From contig JASFYO010000077.1 in the NCBI GenBank assembly GCA_045047305.1, positions 1-40,423 on the forward strand: 40,423 nucleotides of DNA. Reading direction: 5' to 3'. Shown here in pieces: positions 1 through 7,550 of this stretch (positions are counted from its first letter, which is position 1; the number at the start of each line of letters is the position of its first letter). Both the position numbers and the translations under genes were made by a program. Source of the DNA: Planctomycetota bacterium. Its GTDB lineage: Bacteria; Planctomycetota; UBA1135. Below the pieces are notes generated by a model, which saw nothing but the letters and a program-made list of their open reading frames with translations, had not been told where the DNA came from and ran no database searches.

Positions 1-71
1 TGAAGACCGGCCTTGCCACTTTGTGCCTCGGTGGAGGAAACGCCGTCGCCGCATCCATTGAACTGGTCTAA
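1..71 (+). CDS. Acetyl-CoA acetyltransferase (thiolase), 3' end only
   Basis: Frame from position 3 reads KTGLATLCLGGGNAVAASIELV* (stop 69-71); CxGGG is the thiolase C-terminal active-site signature; directly upstream of a 3-hydroxyacyl-CoA dehydrogenase. Confidence 0.9.
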   Translation, partial: KTGLATLCLGGGNAVAASIELV

Positions 72-94
72 GGGCAGAACCTAACTTTTTAAAC

Positions 95-955
95 ATGACT
101 GATTCCCTCAACATAGCCGTCATCGGTGCCGGCACCATGGGCAATGGCATTGCTCAAACTTTTGCAACCTTCGGCCACACCGTAACCCTGATTGAAGTGG
201 CACAAGATGGCCTCGATCGTGGAATGGGTGCCATCCGCAAGTCATTGGATCGCTTCGTTAAGAAGGAAAAGATGACTCAAGAAGAGACCGACGCCATCTT
301 CAACCGCATCACCGGTTCCTTGGACATGGAGTCGGCGGTTGCAAGCGTCGACATGGTGATTGAAGCCGTGTTCGAGAATGAGCAGGTGAAGAAGGACATC
401 TTCAAGGTGCTGGATAAAGCTGCGCCAGCCGGTTGCATTCTTGCATCCAACACCAGCTCCATTTCCATCACTTCGATTGCAAGCGTGACCTCGCGTCCGG
501 AGTCGGTGGTGGGCATGCACTTCATGAACCCGGTACCGCTGATGAAGTTGGTCGAGCTGATCAAGGGTGAGAAGACTTCCGCTGAGGTCGTCGCCAAGAC
601 CAAGGCGATTGCAGAATCCGTCGGCAAGACGGTCGGTGTGTCTGAAGACTACGCTGGTTTCGTCGCCAACCGCATTCTGATGCCGATGCTCAACGAAGCA
701 GCCTTCACCTTGTACGAGGGAATCGCCACGCGCGAAGACATCGACACCATCATGAAGTTGGGCATGAACCACCCGATGGGCCCACTTGCCCTAGCCGACT
801 TCATCGGCATCGATGTTTGTGTGAACATCTTGGATTACCTCTACGAACAGTTCGGCGATCCAAAGTTCCGCTGTGCGCCAAACATGCGCCGCATGGTCGA
901 AGCCGGCAAGCTCGGCCGTAAAGCTGGCGAAGGCTTTTACGACTACTCCAAGTAG
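95..955 (+). CDS. hbd: 3-hydroxybutyryl-CoA dehydrogenase
   Basis: 286 aa; GAGTMGNGIA Rossmann motif, EAVFE, ASNTSSISIT, GMHFMNP, GFVANR, HPMGPLALADFIGID. Confidence 0.93.
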   Translation: MTDSLNIAVIGAGTMGNGIAQTFATFGHTVTLIEVAQDGLDRGMGAIRKSLDRFVKKEKMTQEETDAIFNRITGSLDMESAVASVDMVIEAVFENEQVKKDIFKVLDKAAPAGCILASNTSSISITSIASVTSRPESVVGMHFMNPVPLMKLVELIKGEKTSAEVVAKTKAIAESVGKTVGVSEDYAGFVANRILMPMLNEAAFTLYEGIATREDIDTIMKLGMNHPMGPLALADFIGIDVCVNILDYLYEQFGDPKFRCAPNMRRMVEAGKLGRKAGEGFYDYSK

Positions 956-970
956 CCAATTGGTGAGCGC

Positions 971-1720
971 GTGAAACAAAAAGGACTCCCAGCGGCGGCT
1001 CTATGCCTGATGTTGGGAGTTTCTTGTTCCAGTAACCCCTCGCATCGGCCTTTTTGGGGCGAAGTAGGAGAGGATTTAGAGGCGAGTTATGGAAATTCCC
1101 AGAACCTGATGATTTTGGGAGGTACCTTCGCCACGGGTTTAGCATTGGATAGTTCCTGGGGCGCATCGACCGAAAAACGTTTCGCGCAATATTTTGAAAC
1201 TAACGATGTCATCCCTAATTCCCTAGGCAGTAAGCTAGACGCGCTCGGCACAGGCGCGGTTTTACTGGGCGCCGCCGGGATTTGGGTCGGTAGCGCTCAC
1301 CTTTGGGGTGGGCCTCAGCAGGAAGAAGCCAGCCTTGCCATGCTTTCTTCCTTAAGCATCACGGGCCTTTCGACCTTGGCTTTGAAGCCGATCATTCAAG
1401 ATGAAAGGCCCAATGGTGCTGCGGGTGGCTATCCCAGTGGACATTCTGCAATGGCTATGGCGGCGGCGGCAAGTTTGGGCGAATCCTATGGCTGGAAAAT
1501 TGGCCTACCCGCATACCTCACCGCTTTTTTGGTTGGGGTTCAACGCCTGGATACTCGCCGGCATGATGTTGACGATGTCCTCGGAGGCTTTGCCTTAGGT
1601 TGGGTGGTAGGGACATCCGTGACGAGTCGCCGCATGCCGCGGGTACTGGGCGGAAAGTTAGAGCCTATCGTCGAGCCGCAAGCAGGCACCTATGGTCTCG
1701 CGATCGCCTGGGATTTCTAG
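971..1720 (+). CDS. PAP2-family phosphatase, probable lipoprotein
   Basis: K..ERP, PSGH and R.....H...D motifs; N-terminal lipobox-like LGVSC; hydrophobic helices. Confidence 0.85.
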   Translation: MKQKGLPAAALCLMLGVSCSSNPSHRPFWGEVGEDLEASYGNSQNLMILGGTFATGLALDSSWGASTEKRFAQYFETNDVIPNSLGSKLDALGTGAVLLGAAGIWVGSAHLWGGPQQEEASLAMLSSLSITGLSTLALKPIIQDERPNGAAGGYPSGHSAMAMAAAASLGESYGWKIGLPAYLTAFLVGVQRLDTRRHDVDDVLGGFALGWVVGTSVTSRRMPRVLGGKLEPIVEPQAGTYGLAIAWDF

Positions 1721-1742
1721 CGGTCGTCTTCCTGGTCCGCAT
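1717..1742. repeat. 26-bp direct repeat, left copy (CTAGCGGTCGTCTTCCTGGTCCGCAT)
   Basis: Identical to 7525-7550; the adjacent bases differ on both sides. Confidence 0.97.
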
Positions 1743-1819
1743 GGGTTTAATAATAGATTTAGGGAAATGTCTTCTTCGTCTATTGCATAATACTGCTACT
1801 GCTGCACTTCGCCGTTCCT

Positions 1820-4801
1820 TTGGACTTGGCGCAAGCGCACCTACCTAAAGTGTCAACCGCCTCATCGAATCTGCGGCTCCAGGAGACCGTACGCAAAGTT
1901 GGCCTCCTGCTACCTGCGCAAGGGCCGATTACTGCGTTCGTTCATCACAATACCCTGCATTCTTTCGAGGACCGGCCATTCGAACAAGCGGTGGTCGAAG
2001 CGGGCGCTCTGTTTGGCACAGAACCCTTTTTGCCCGAGGCCACCTTTCGCGAGATGTTGGCGTGTGGCCGCATTCAATATCGGGATTTAGAGGCTGCGAT
2101 AGGTCGAGAATTAGGAAGTCGCGGTAGTCAGCGGGTGGCCCCTGACGTGTGTCGGCTAGATATTTGGCGCGTCCTTCTGCGTGATCAGATATTCCCTGCC
2201 GCAGATGTCCGCTGCCATTGGTTACTTGAAGAGCAAGGTCTACTTCATGGTTTACTGCCGGATTTAGAAAGCGAGGCGCGTCGGCATCTTCTGGAATCGG
2301 TTCTGGAACCTTTGGATCATGCTGAGGGTTTACATTTGGTCGAGAAGCGACTGGTGCAAGATCTATGGGAGGCTTGCTTAGCTACCACCCATGAGGCCCC
2401 ATTGAGGCAAGCTAAGTCCTGGCCGATGGCATCCCTTGAGCGACCGTCGCAGAAGAACTCCCGCTGGTCCTGTGAACTGCTGCAAACTTTTGTTGCCTCA
2501 TTTTTGGATCAAGGTTTATCCGATTGGGAGTTGCCTCATGCTGCAGATGGACTCTTCACTTGTTTTCTAAAACTCCATAGTGAGGGGTGGTGTCCAGATT
2601 CACGTTGGCGTGTTTTACGTCAGCGGACCAAGCGACTGTTGACCACCATGCAGGGGGCAGAAGCTTGTCTTCTGGAGGCTCTAACTGAAAAAGGTTGCAA
2701 GCAGGAGGACTGGGAAAATTACCTCTTTTGCGCATGCGAAGGACTCCGCGGATTTGCGGGCATGGTGTTCCAACTGGAGGAGAATCCGCAACGGGCTCCG
2801 GTCGCTGCACCCCCTTGTCGCTTACTCGATTTCCTTGCGCTTGCTGTCCTGGTAGAAGATTGCGCACAAGCGATTCCCCAACAGGAATTGCTGGAGGAGC
2901 AAGATGAGGATTTCGAAGAGACTCAGTTCCGCCGCACGATTCCACTCTTTCAATTACTGCAACGCCTTGGCTGCACCGGCAACTGGTTACGAGCTTGCTC
3001 CATGGAGGAGCGTTTGGCGCTTGTTCAAGAGTTGGAGCAGTGCAATGAACTCCACCGACGCCGACTTTTCCAGGAAGCCTATGAACGGCGCTATCGCAAA
3101 CAAGTTTTGAATGCCTTGGCGCAACATCCGGGTCCGCGGCAAGATTCGGCTGCGGCCTTGCTGGATGTGGTTCTATGTCTAGACGAGCGGGAAGAATCTT
3201 TGCGGCGGCACTTGGAGGAAGCCGATCCTTTATTGCGAACCTATGGAACAGCGGGGCACTTTGGGGTCTCACTGCGTTATCGAGGCTTGGGTGATGCGGA
3301 TTGGACAACTCTTGCTCCTCCAGGGCAACCGGCACGCTTTTGGGTGGAAGAAGTTGCTCGGGATCACGCGCAGCAAGAAGAGCGGCAACATGCACGTAGT
3401 CGCCGCCATCTGGGGCAAGTCCGCGCCGCAGCAGACCGGGGCAGCCGAGGGCTTTTCCTGGGAGCTTTCCTGCATGTAGTCCTGGGGATTTGGAGTACGA
3501 TTCCACTCGTTTTAGCGGTCCTCGCGCCACGCTGGTTCCACCGTTTTTCAAAGCAGCTTAGTGCTGGTTGGGAACCGCACCATGACACCACTTTGCACCT
3601 TTGGCAGGATGAGGAGTCGAATCCAACATCTTCAGCCGAGCCCACCGAGGAGGGTGCTCGATTCGATTTAGATTCTGCCACCGAAGTGGTCTCCGGTTTA
3701 CTTTTATCGATGGGGTTGACCCATCCTTCGCGTCTCGTTCTGTTCTTGGGACATGGATCTCGGAGTCTCAACAATCCACAGGAGGCAGCGCATGACTGTG
3801 GCGCCTGTGGGGGGGGCCGCGGCGGACCGAATGCACGGGTCGTTGCACGGCTTGCGAATGATGCACGGGTTCGCGCATCCTTGATAGAGCAAGGCTTGGA
3901 AATTCCGGAAGAAACCGTTTTCGTCGGCGGATGGCATAACACTTGCGATGATTCCATCGTCCTTTTTGATCTATGCGATTTGCCGGACTCTCACCGCTTG
4001 GATTTGCGCCGGCTTGAAGCTGCGTTGACTTCCGCGCGCGGCATCGATGCCCAGGAGCGTGCGCGCCAATTTCTCAATCAATCGACTCAATTGACTCCTG
4101 AACGGGCATTAGCCCAGGTGGAAGCTCGGGCCCATGATCTTGCCCAGCCGCGTCCGGAATATGGCCATGCCACCAATGCAACCTTACTCATTGGGCGGCG
4201 TGCGCGAAGCCGAGGATTGTTTTTGGACCGCCGCAGCTTTCTCGAGTCTTATGACCCAGAGCAGGATCAAGATGGCCTCCAACTGGCCACCGTAATGGGA
4301 ACCGCCATGACGGTATGCGCAGGCATCAACCTTGAATATTACTTCTCCTTTGTGGACCCGTTTGGCTATGGCTGTGGCACCAAGTTGCCGCACAACATTT
4401 CTGCGCTGCTTGGCGTCATGGATGGCGCTAAGAGTGACCTCCGGAACGGTTTGCCCTGGCAGATGACGGAGATCCATGAGCCGATGAGGCTCCTGGTCAT
4501 CATTGAAGCCCCGCCGGAGCGCATTGAGGCCGTTCTTGCCCAAAATGCCCAACTGAGTCGCTTAGTGCACGGTCGATGGCTTCAGTTGGCTGCATTATCT
4601 CCGCACAGCGATGAGATTTTAGTAATGGAAGATGGGGTCTTTCGACCCCACCATTTTGAGCCTGACCCGTTACCAGAGGTGGAATCTTCCTTGAAGGTTT
4701 TTCAGGGTCGGCGGGGTCCCTTGCGCCCGGCTTTCATCCGCATGGATAGCACAACAGCTTCTCCGGATGAAGGGAAGCGAACGGTAGAGGTGCTTTCATG
4801 A
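1820..4801 (+). CDS. dabA: Inorganic carbon transporter subunit DabA (DUF2309/UPF0753, beta-carbonic-anhydrase-like); start uncertain (TTG 1820 or GTG 1850)
   Basis: 993 aa; PAQGPITAFVHHNTLH, CLDEREESLRRHLE, GHGS..NNP..AAHDCGACGG, RPEYGHATNA, LDRRSFLESYDP, GINLEYYFS, DLRNGLPWQM..HEPMRL; Cys/Asp/His/Cys Zn ligands present. Confidence 0.92.
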   Translation: MDLAQAHLPKVSTASSNLRLQETVRKVGLLLPAQGPITAFVHHNTLHSFEDRPFEQAVVEAGALFGTEPFLPEATFREMLACGRIQYRDLEAAIGRELGSRGSQRVAPDVCRLDIWRVLLRDQIFPAADVRCHWLLEEQGLLHGLLPDLESEARRHLLESVLEPLDHAEGLHLVEKRLVQDLWEACLATTHEAPLRQAKSWPMASLERPSQKNSRWSCELLQTFVASFLDQGLSDWELPHAADGLFTCFLKLHSEGWCPDSRWRVLRQRTKRLLTTMQGAEACLLEALTEKGCKQEDWENYLFCACEGLRGFAGMVFQLEENPQRAPVAAPPCRLLDFLALAVLVEDCAQAIPQQELLEEQDEDFEETQFRRTIPLFQLLQRLGCTGNWLRACSMEERLALVQELEQCNELHRRRLFQEAYERRYRKQVLNALAQHPGPRQDSAAALLDVVLCLDEREESLRRHLEEADPLLRTYGTAGHFGVSLRYRGLGDADWTTLAPPGQPARFWVEEVARDHAQQEERQHARSRRHLGQVRAAADRGSRGLFLGAFLHVVLGIWSTIPLVLAVLAPRWFHRFSKQLSAGWEPHHDTTLHLWQDEESNPTSSAEPTEEGARFDLDSATEVVSGLLLSMGLTHPSRLVLFLGHGSRSLNNPQEAAHDCGACGGGRGGPNARVVARLANDARVRASLIEQGLEIPEETVFVGGWHNTCDDSIVLFDLCDLPDSHRLDLRRLEAALTSARGIDAQERARQFLNQSTQLTPERALAQVEARAHDLAQPRPEYGHATNATLLIGRRARSRGLFLDRRSFLESYDPEQDQDGLQLATVMGTAMTVCAGINLEYYFSFVDPFGYGCGTKLPHNISALLGVMDGAKSDLRNGLPWQMTEIHEPMRLLVIIEAPPERIEAVLAQNAQLSRLVHGRWLQLAALSPHSDEILVMEDGVFRPHHFEPDPLPEVESSLKVFQGRRGPLRPAFIRMDSTTASPDEGKRTVEVLS

Positions 4802-6120
4802 GTTGGCTCCAGCTTTTTAGTTTGGCGGCCCTGGTCATACCAGTTTTGCTGTTTCTCCTGCTTGGGGTCTCACAGCTTTTACATTGCCCGCTGCGCGAAA
4901 AGTTAATCGGCCCGATGGCTGCCATCGGGCTGTCGGCCGCGATTCTCGCCTTATTGATGGCCAACGGTCTATGCCTCTATCAAGACTCGGCGCAAACTTT
5001 GGACCTCGGGCGTTGGTTTAGCGGTCAGGGACATGCCTTTCGTTTGTTCTTCCTGCTAGATGTATCCACCTTACCTTTGCTGTTGTTTGCCAACTTGCTT
5101 GTTGGCGTGGTGGAGGCCTTCACCCATCGCTATCTGCATCGGGAACCGGGCTACCACCGCTTTCAGCTGATGCTATTCCTCTTCCTGATTGGGCTTGATC
5201 TTGTGCTTGCCGCAGGAAGCATGGAAATGTTAGTGGCTGGTTGGGAATTTCTTGGCCTTAGCTCGGCTCTGCTTATTGCCTTCTTCCATGAACGCAGTGG
5301 CCCCATCCGCAATGGTCTACGCGTCTTTTCGATCTATCGCTTTTGCGATGTTGCACTGGTCAGCGCCTTTTTATGGCTGCATGCGGTGTGGCCAGACAGC
5401 GCGCCCACTCCATGGCAAGGGGGAGTGGTGCCCACGCTGCCGCGCGGAACCGCCGAGGGCATTTTGCTCCTTTTGCTTTTTGCAGTCAGCGGAAAATCGG
5501 CACTCCTTCCTTTCAGTAGCTGGCTACCCCGCGCCATGGAAGGCCCGACTCCAAGCAGTGCCATTTTTTATGGAGCGTTATCCGTCCATGCCGGCCCTCT
5601 GCTCTTGTTGCGCTTTTCTTGGCTCATGGAGCAGGCACCGGCAGCGACCGTGGTGCTTGGAATTCTTGGTGCTTTGACTAGCTTGTGTGCCGCTTTGGTT
5701 GCGCGCACTCAAACCGAGATTAAGAGTTTACTGGCCTATGCCACGGTGACCCAAGTTGGCTTGATCATGCTTGAGATTTCTTTGGGTTGGCATTGGATAC
5801 CACTCTTGCATATCGCTGGACATGCCACTTTGCGCTCCCTGCAATTCTTGCGTGCCCCATCTCTATTGCATGATCGCCACAACTTGGAAGATGCGATCGG
5901 CGGGCATCTTGCGCATGCTCGTATCCCTGGACTCGACCGCTTATCGCCACGCCAAGTGCGCAAGCTCTATCAGTTTTCATTGCACCGCGCTTGGCTCGAT
6001 GAGCTGCTTGATGGGCTTGTGATTTACCCATGGCAACGATGGACCGCCGCCTTGGTCGATGTCCATCTGCGTTTGGAGCAACAGCTTGCTAAGTTTGTTT
6101 CTAAGGAGCACCGAAGGTGA
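4798..6120 (+). CDS. dabB: Inorganic carbon transporter membrane subunit DabB (NuoL/MrpA-like)
   Basis: ATGA overlap with dabA; GWEFLGLSSALLI, KSALLPFSSWLPRAMEGPTPSSA, LAYATVTQVG, HIAGHA; many TM helices. Confidence 0.88.
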   Translation: MSWLQLFSLAALVIPVLLFLLLGVSQLLHCPLREKLIGPMAAIGLSAAILALLMANGLCLYQDSAQTLDLGRWFSGQGHAFRLFFLLDVSTLPLLLFANLLVGVVEAFTHRYLHREPGYHRFQLMLFLFLIGLDLVLAAGSMEMLVAGWEFLGLSSALLIAFFHERSGPIRNGLRVFSIYRFCDVALVSAFLWLHAVWPDSAPTPWQGGVVPTLPRGTAEGILLLLLFAVSGKSALLPFSSWLPRAMEGPTPSSAIFYGALSVHAGPLLLLRFSWLMEQAPAATVVLGILGALTSLCAALVARTQTEIKSLLAYATVTQVGLIMLEISLGWHWIPLLHIAGHATLRSLQFLRAPSLLHDRHNLEDAIGGHLAHARIPGLDRLSPRQVRKLYQFSLHRAWLDELLDGLVIYPWQRWTAALVDVHLRLEQQLAKFVSKEHRR

Positions 6121-7505
6121 CCGCGCACACACTTCTCCCTTGGATTCTCTTGGTAACACCTTTCCTTGGGGCTCTCAGTACCTTTCTAGCCCCCGACCGT
6201 TGGCGCTACCGGGTGGCCTTAAGTTTTAGTGGCATTTCTCTTTTGTGCTTGGTCGTGCTTTTGTTCTGGCACACCTTTCTTGGGCAAAGCAGTACGCGAT
6301 TGATGGTCGCAGGCGGTGGCTTACAAATTGACCCCTTTGGCTTACCGTTAGTTTTATTAGCCGCCTTTCTACCTTGGTGTTTATTGGTGTCGGCGCCATT
6401 GCGCGGGCCGGAAGGAAAGGAAGGTGCCGTCGTTTTACTGCTCGCTGGCCTTGGAGAGATGCTGGCCATGACGCCGCATGGCGGAGCTTGGTGGTTGCTG
6501 GCTTGGTGTTTGACCGGCTTTGCCTATCTGACTCCCCATGGCGAAAGCGTTTCTCCCCATGCTCATCACTCGGCTCAATCTCGTTTCCGCCGCGGCGCCA
6601 TTCAGGCAAGGTTTCAGCTTCTTGGTGTGGGCCTTGGCCTCCTACTCCTGTTATTGCCAGCGTCTCGTTCTGCGTCCATCGAGGCTTGGTGGGCGGCACC
6701 CTTCCTCTTGGTCGTCATGTTGCGCGGTCAACTGTTTCCCTTTCACGTTAGTTTTGCAGCTTGGGTAGAGAGTGCTCCGTTGACTCGGGTGGCGATGACA
6801 CTGAGCCTCATGCCTGCGGCTTACCTCCTAACTTTGCCGGATTTGCAACTAGCGCCATGGGCGGCTTCCTTGCTTTTCTGGATCAGTTTGCTGACGTCTC
6901 TTTGTGCGGCGATGCTCGCACATGGAGAGCGCCGTGCGCGACGTGTGGTGGCATGGATTGTGCTCAGTGCCAGCTCTCTTGTGCTTGCTGGACTGGTGGC
7001 GAACTCGGATGCCGCTCAACTCGGCGCCATGATTAGCTGGCTTGCGACTTCGGCCTCGGCTTGCGGTTTATTGATGACTTTACGCGCGGTGGAAGCCCGC
7101 CGCGGCCGACAGTCTCTGGACCGGAATCATGGAGGTTACGAACGTATGCCTGTCTTGGCCGGAAGTTTCCTAGTCTTGGGTTTAGCCATGATTGGTTTTC
7201 CGGCTACCTTAGGCATGGTTGGACAAGAGTTGATGCTAGAGGGGATGAGTGAGCAATCCCTTTTTGCCGCTGCGCTCTTTTCGCTGATCAGTGCCTTGAA
7301 TGGTATCTGCCTCCTACGCACCTATTTCCGCCTTTTTTGCGGCCAGCAACCGCGTCCAGGGTCAGGCCAAGCTTGTCGTCCACGCGAACGATTGGCTTTT
7401 GTAGTTTTGATTGTGGTGTTGTTCTGCGGTGGCCTCCGCCCGCAGCCCTTATTGAATCTGCAGCGCCAGGCCTTGAATCTGCTGGATGCTAGCCCGAAAC
7501 CGTAA
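6117..7505 (+). CDS. NuoM/MrpD-like proton-conducting membrane subunit
   Basis: GTGA overlap with dabB; RGQLFPFH, GGYERMPVLA..FL..GLA.IGFPATLGMVGQEL, A.NGI..LR.YFRLF; highly hydrophobic. Confidence 0.8.
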   Translation: MTAHTLLPWILLVTPFLGALSTFLAPDRWRYRVALSFSGISLLCLVVLLFWHTFLGQSSTRLMVAGGGLQIDPFGLPLVLLAAFLPWCLLVSAPLRGPEGKEGAVVLLLAGLGEMLAMTPHGGAWWLLAWCLTGFAYLTPHGESVSPHAHHSAQSRFRRGAIQARFQLLGVGLGLLLLLLPASRSASIEAWWAAPFLLVVMLRGQLFPFHVSFAAWVESAPLTRVAMTLSLMPAAYLLTLPDLQLAPWAASLLFWISLLTSLCAAMLAHGERRARRVVAWIVLSASSLVLAGLVANSDAAQLGAMISWLATSASACGLLMTLRAVEARRGRQSLDRNHGGYERMPVLAGSFLVLGLAMIGFPATLGMVGQELMLEGMSEQSLFAAALFSLISALNGICLLRTYFRLFCGQQPRPGSGQACRPRERLAFVVLIVVLFCGGLRPQPLLNLQRQALNLLDASPKP

Positions 7506-7524
7506 GCGAGTTTTTCGCCATGCC

Positions 7525-7550
7525 CTAGCGGTCGTCTTCCTGGTCCGCAT
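7525..7550. repeat. 26-bp direct repeat, right copy (last codons and stop of the sulfatase-like gene)
   Basis: Identical to 1717-1742; reverse complement encodes ADQEDDR*. Confidence 0.97.

Larger units (their letters stand above)
1717..7550. mobile_element. Direct-repeat-flanked genomic islet carrying the DAB transporter operon (no integrase/transposase inside)
   Basis: Exact 26-bp repeats at both ends; removing the islet plus one repeat rejoins the PAP2 and sulfatase genes at a shared CTAG double stop. Confidence 0.7.

Noticed and set aside
2556..3551. 331-aa minus-strand ORF inside dabA
   Set aside because: Antisense shadow of a well-supported gene with no recognisable motifs
4798..7505. 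Reading the NuoL/NuoM-like genes as a complex I or Mrp operon fragment
   Set aside because: No other nuo/mrp genes nearby, and they are coupled to dabA
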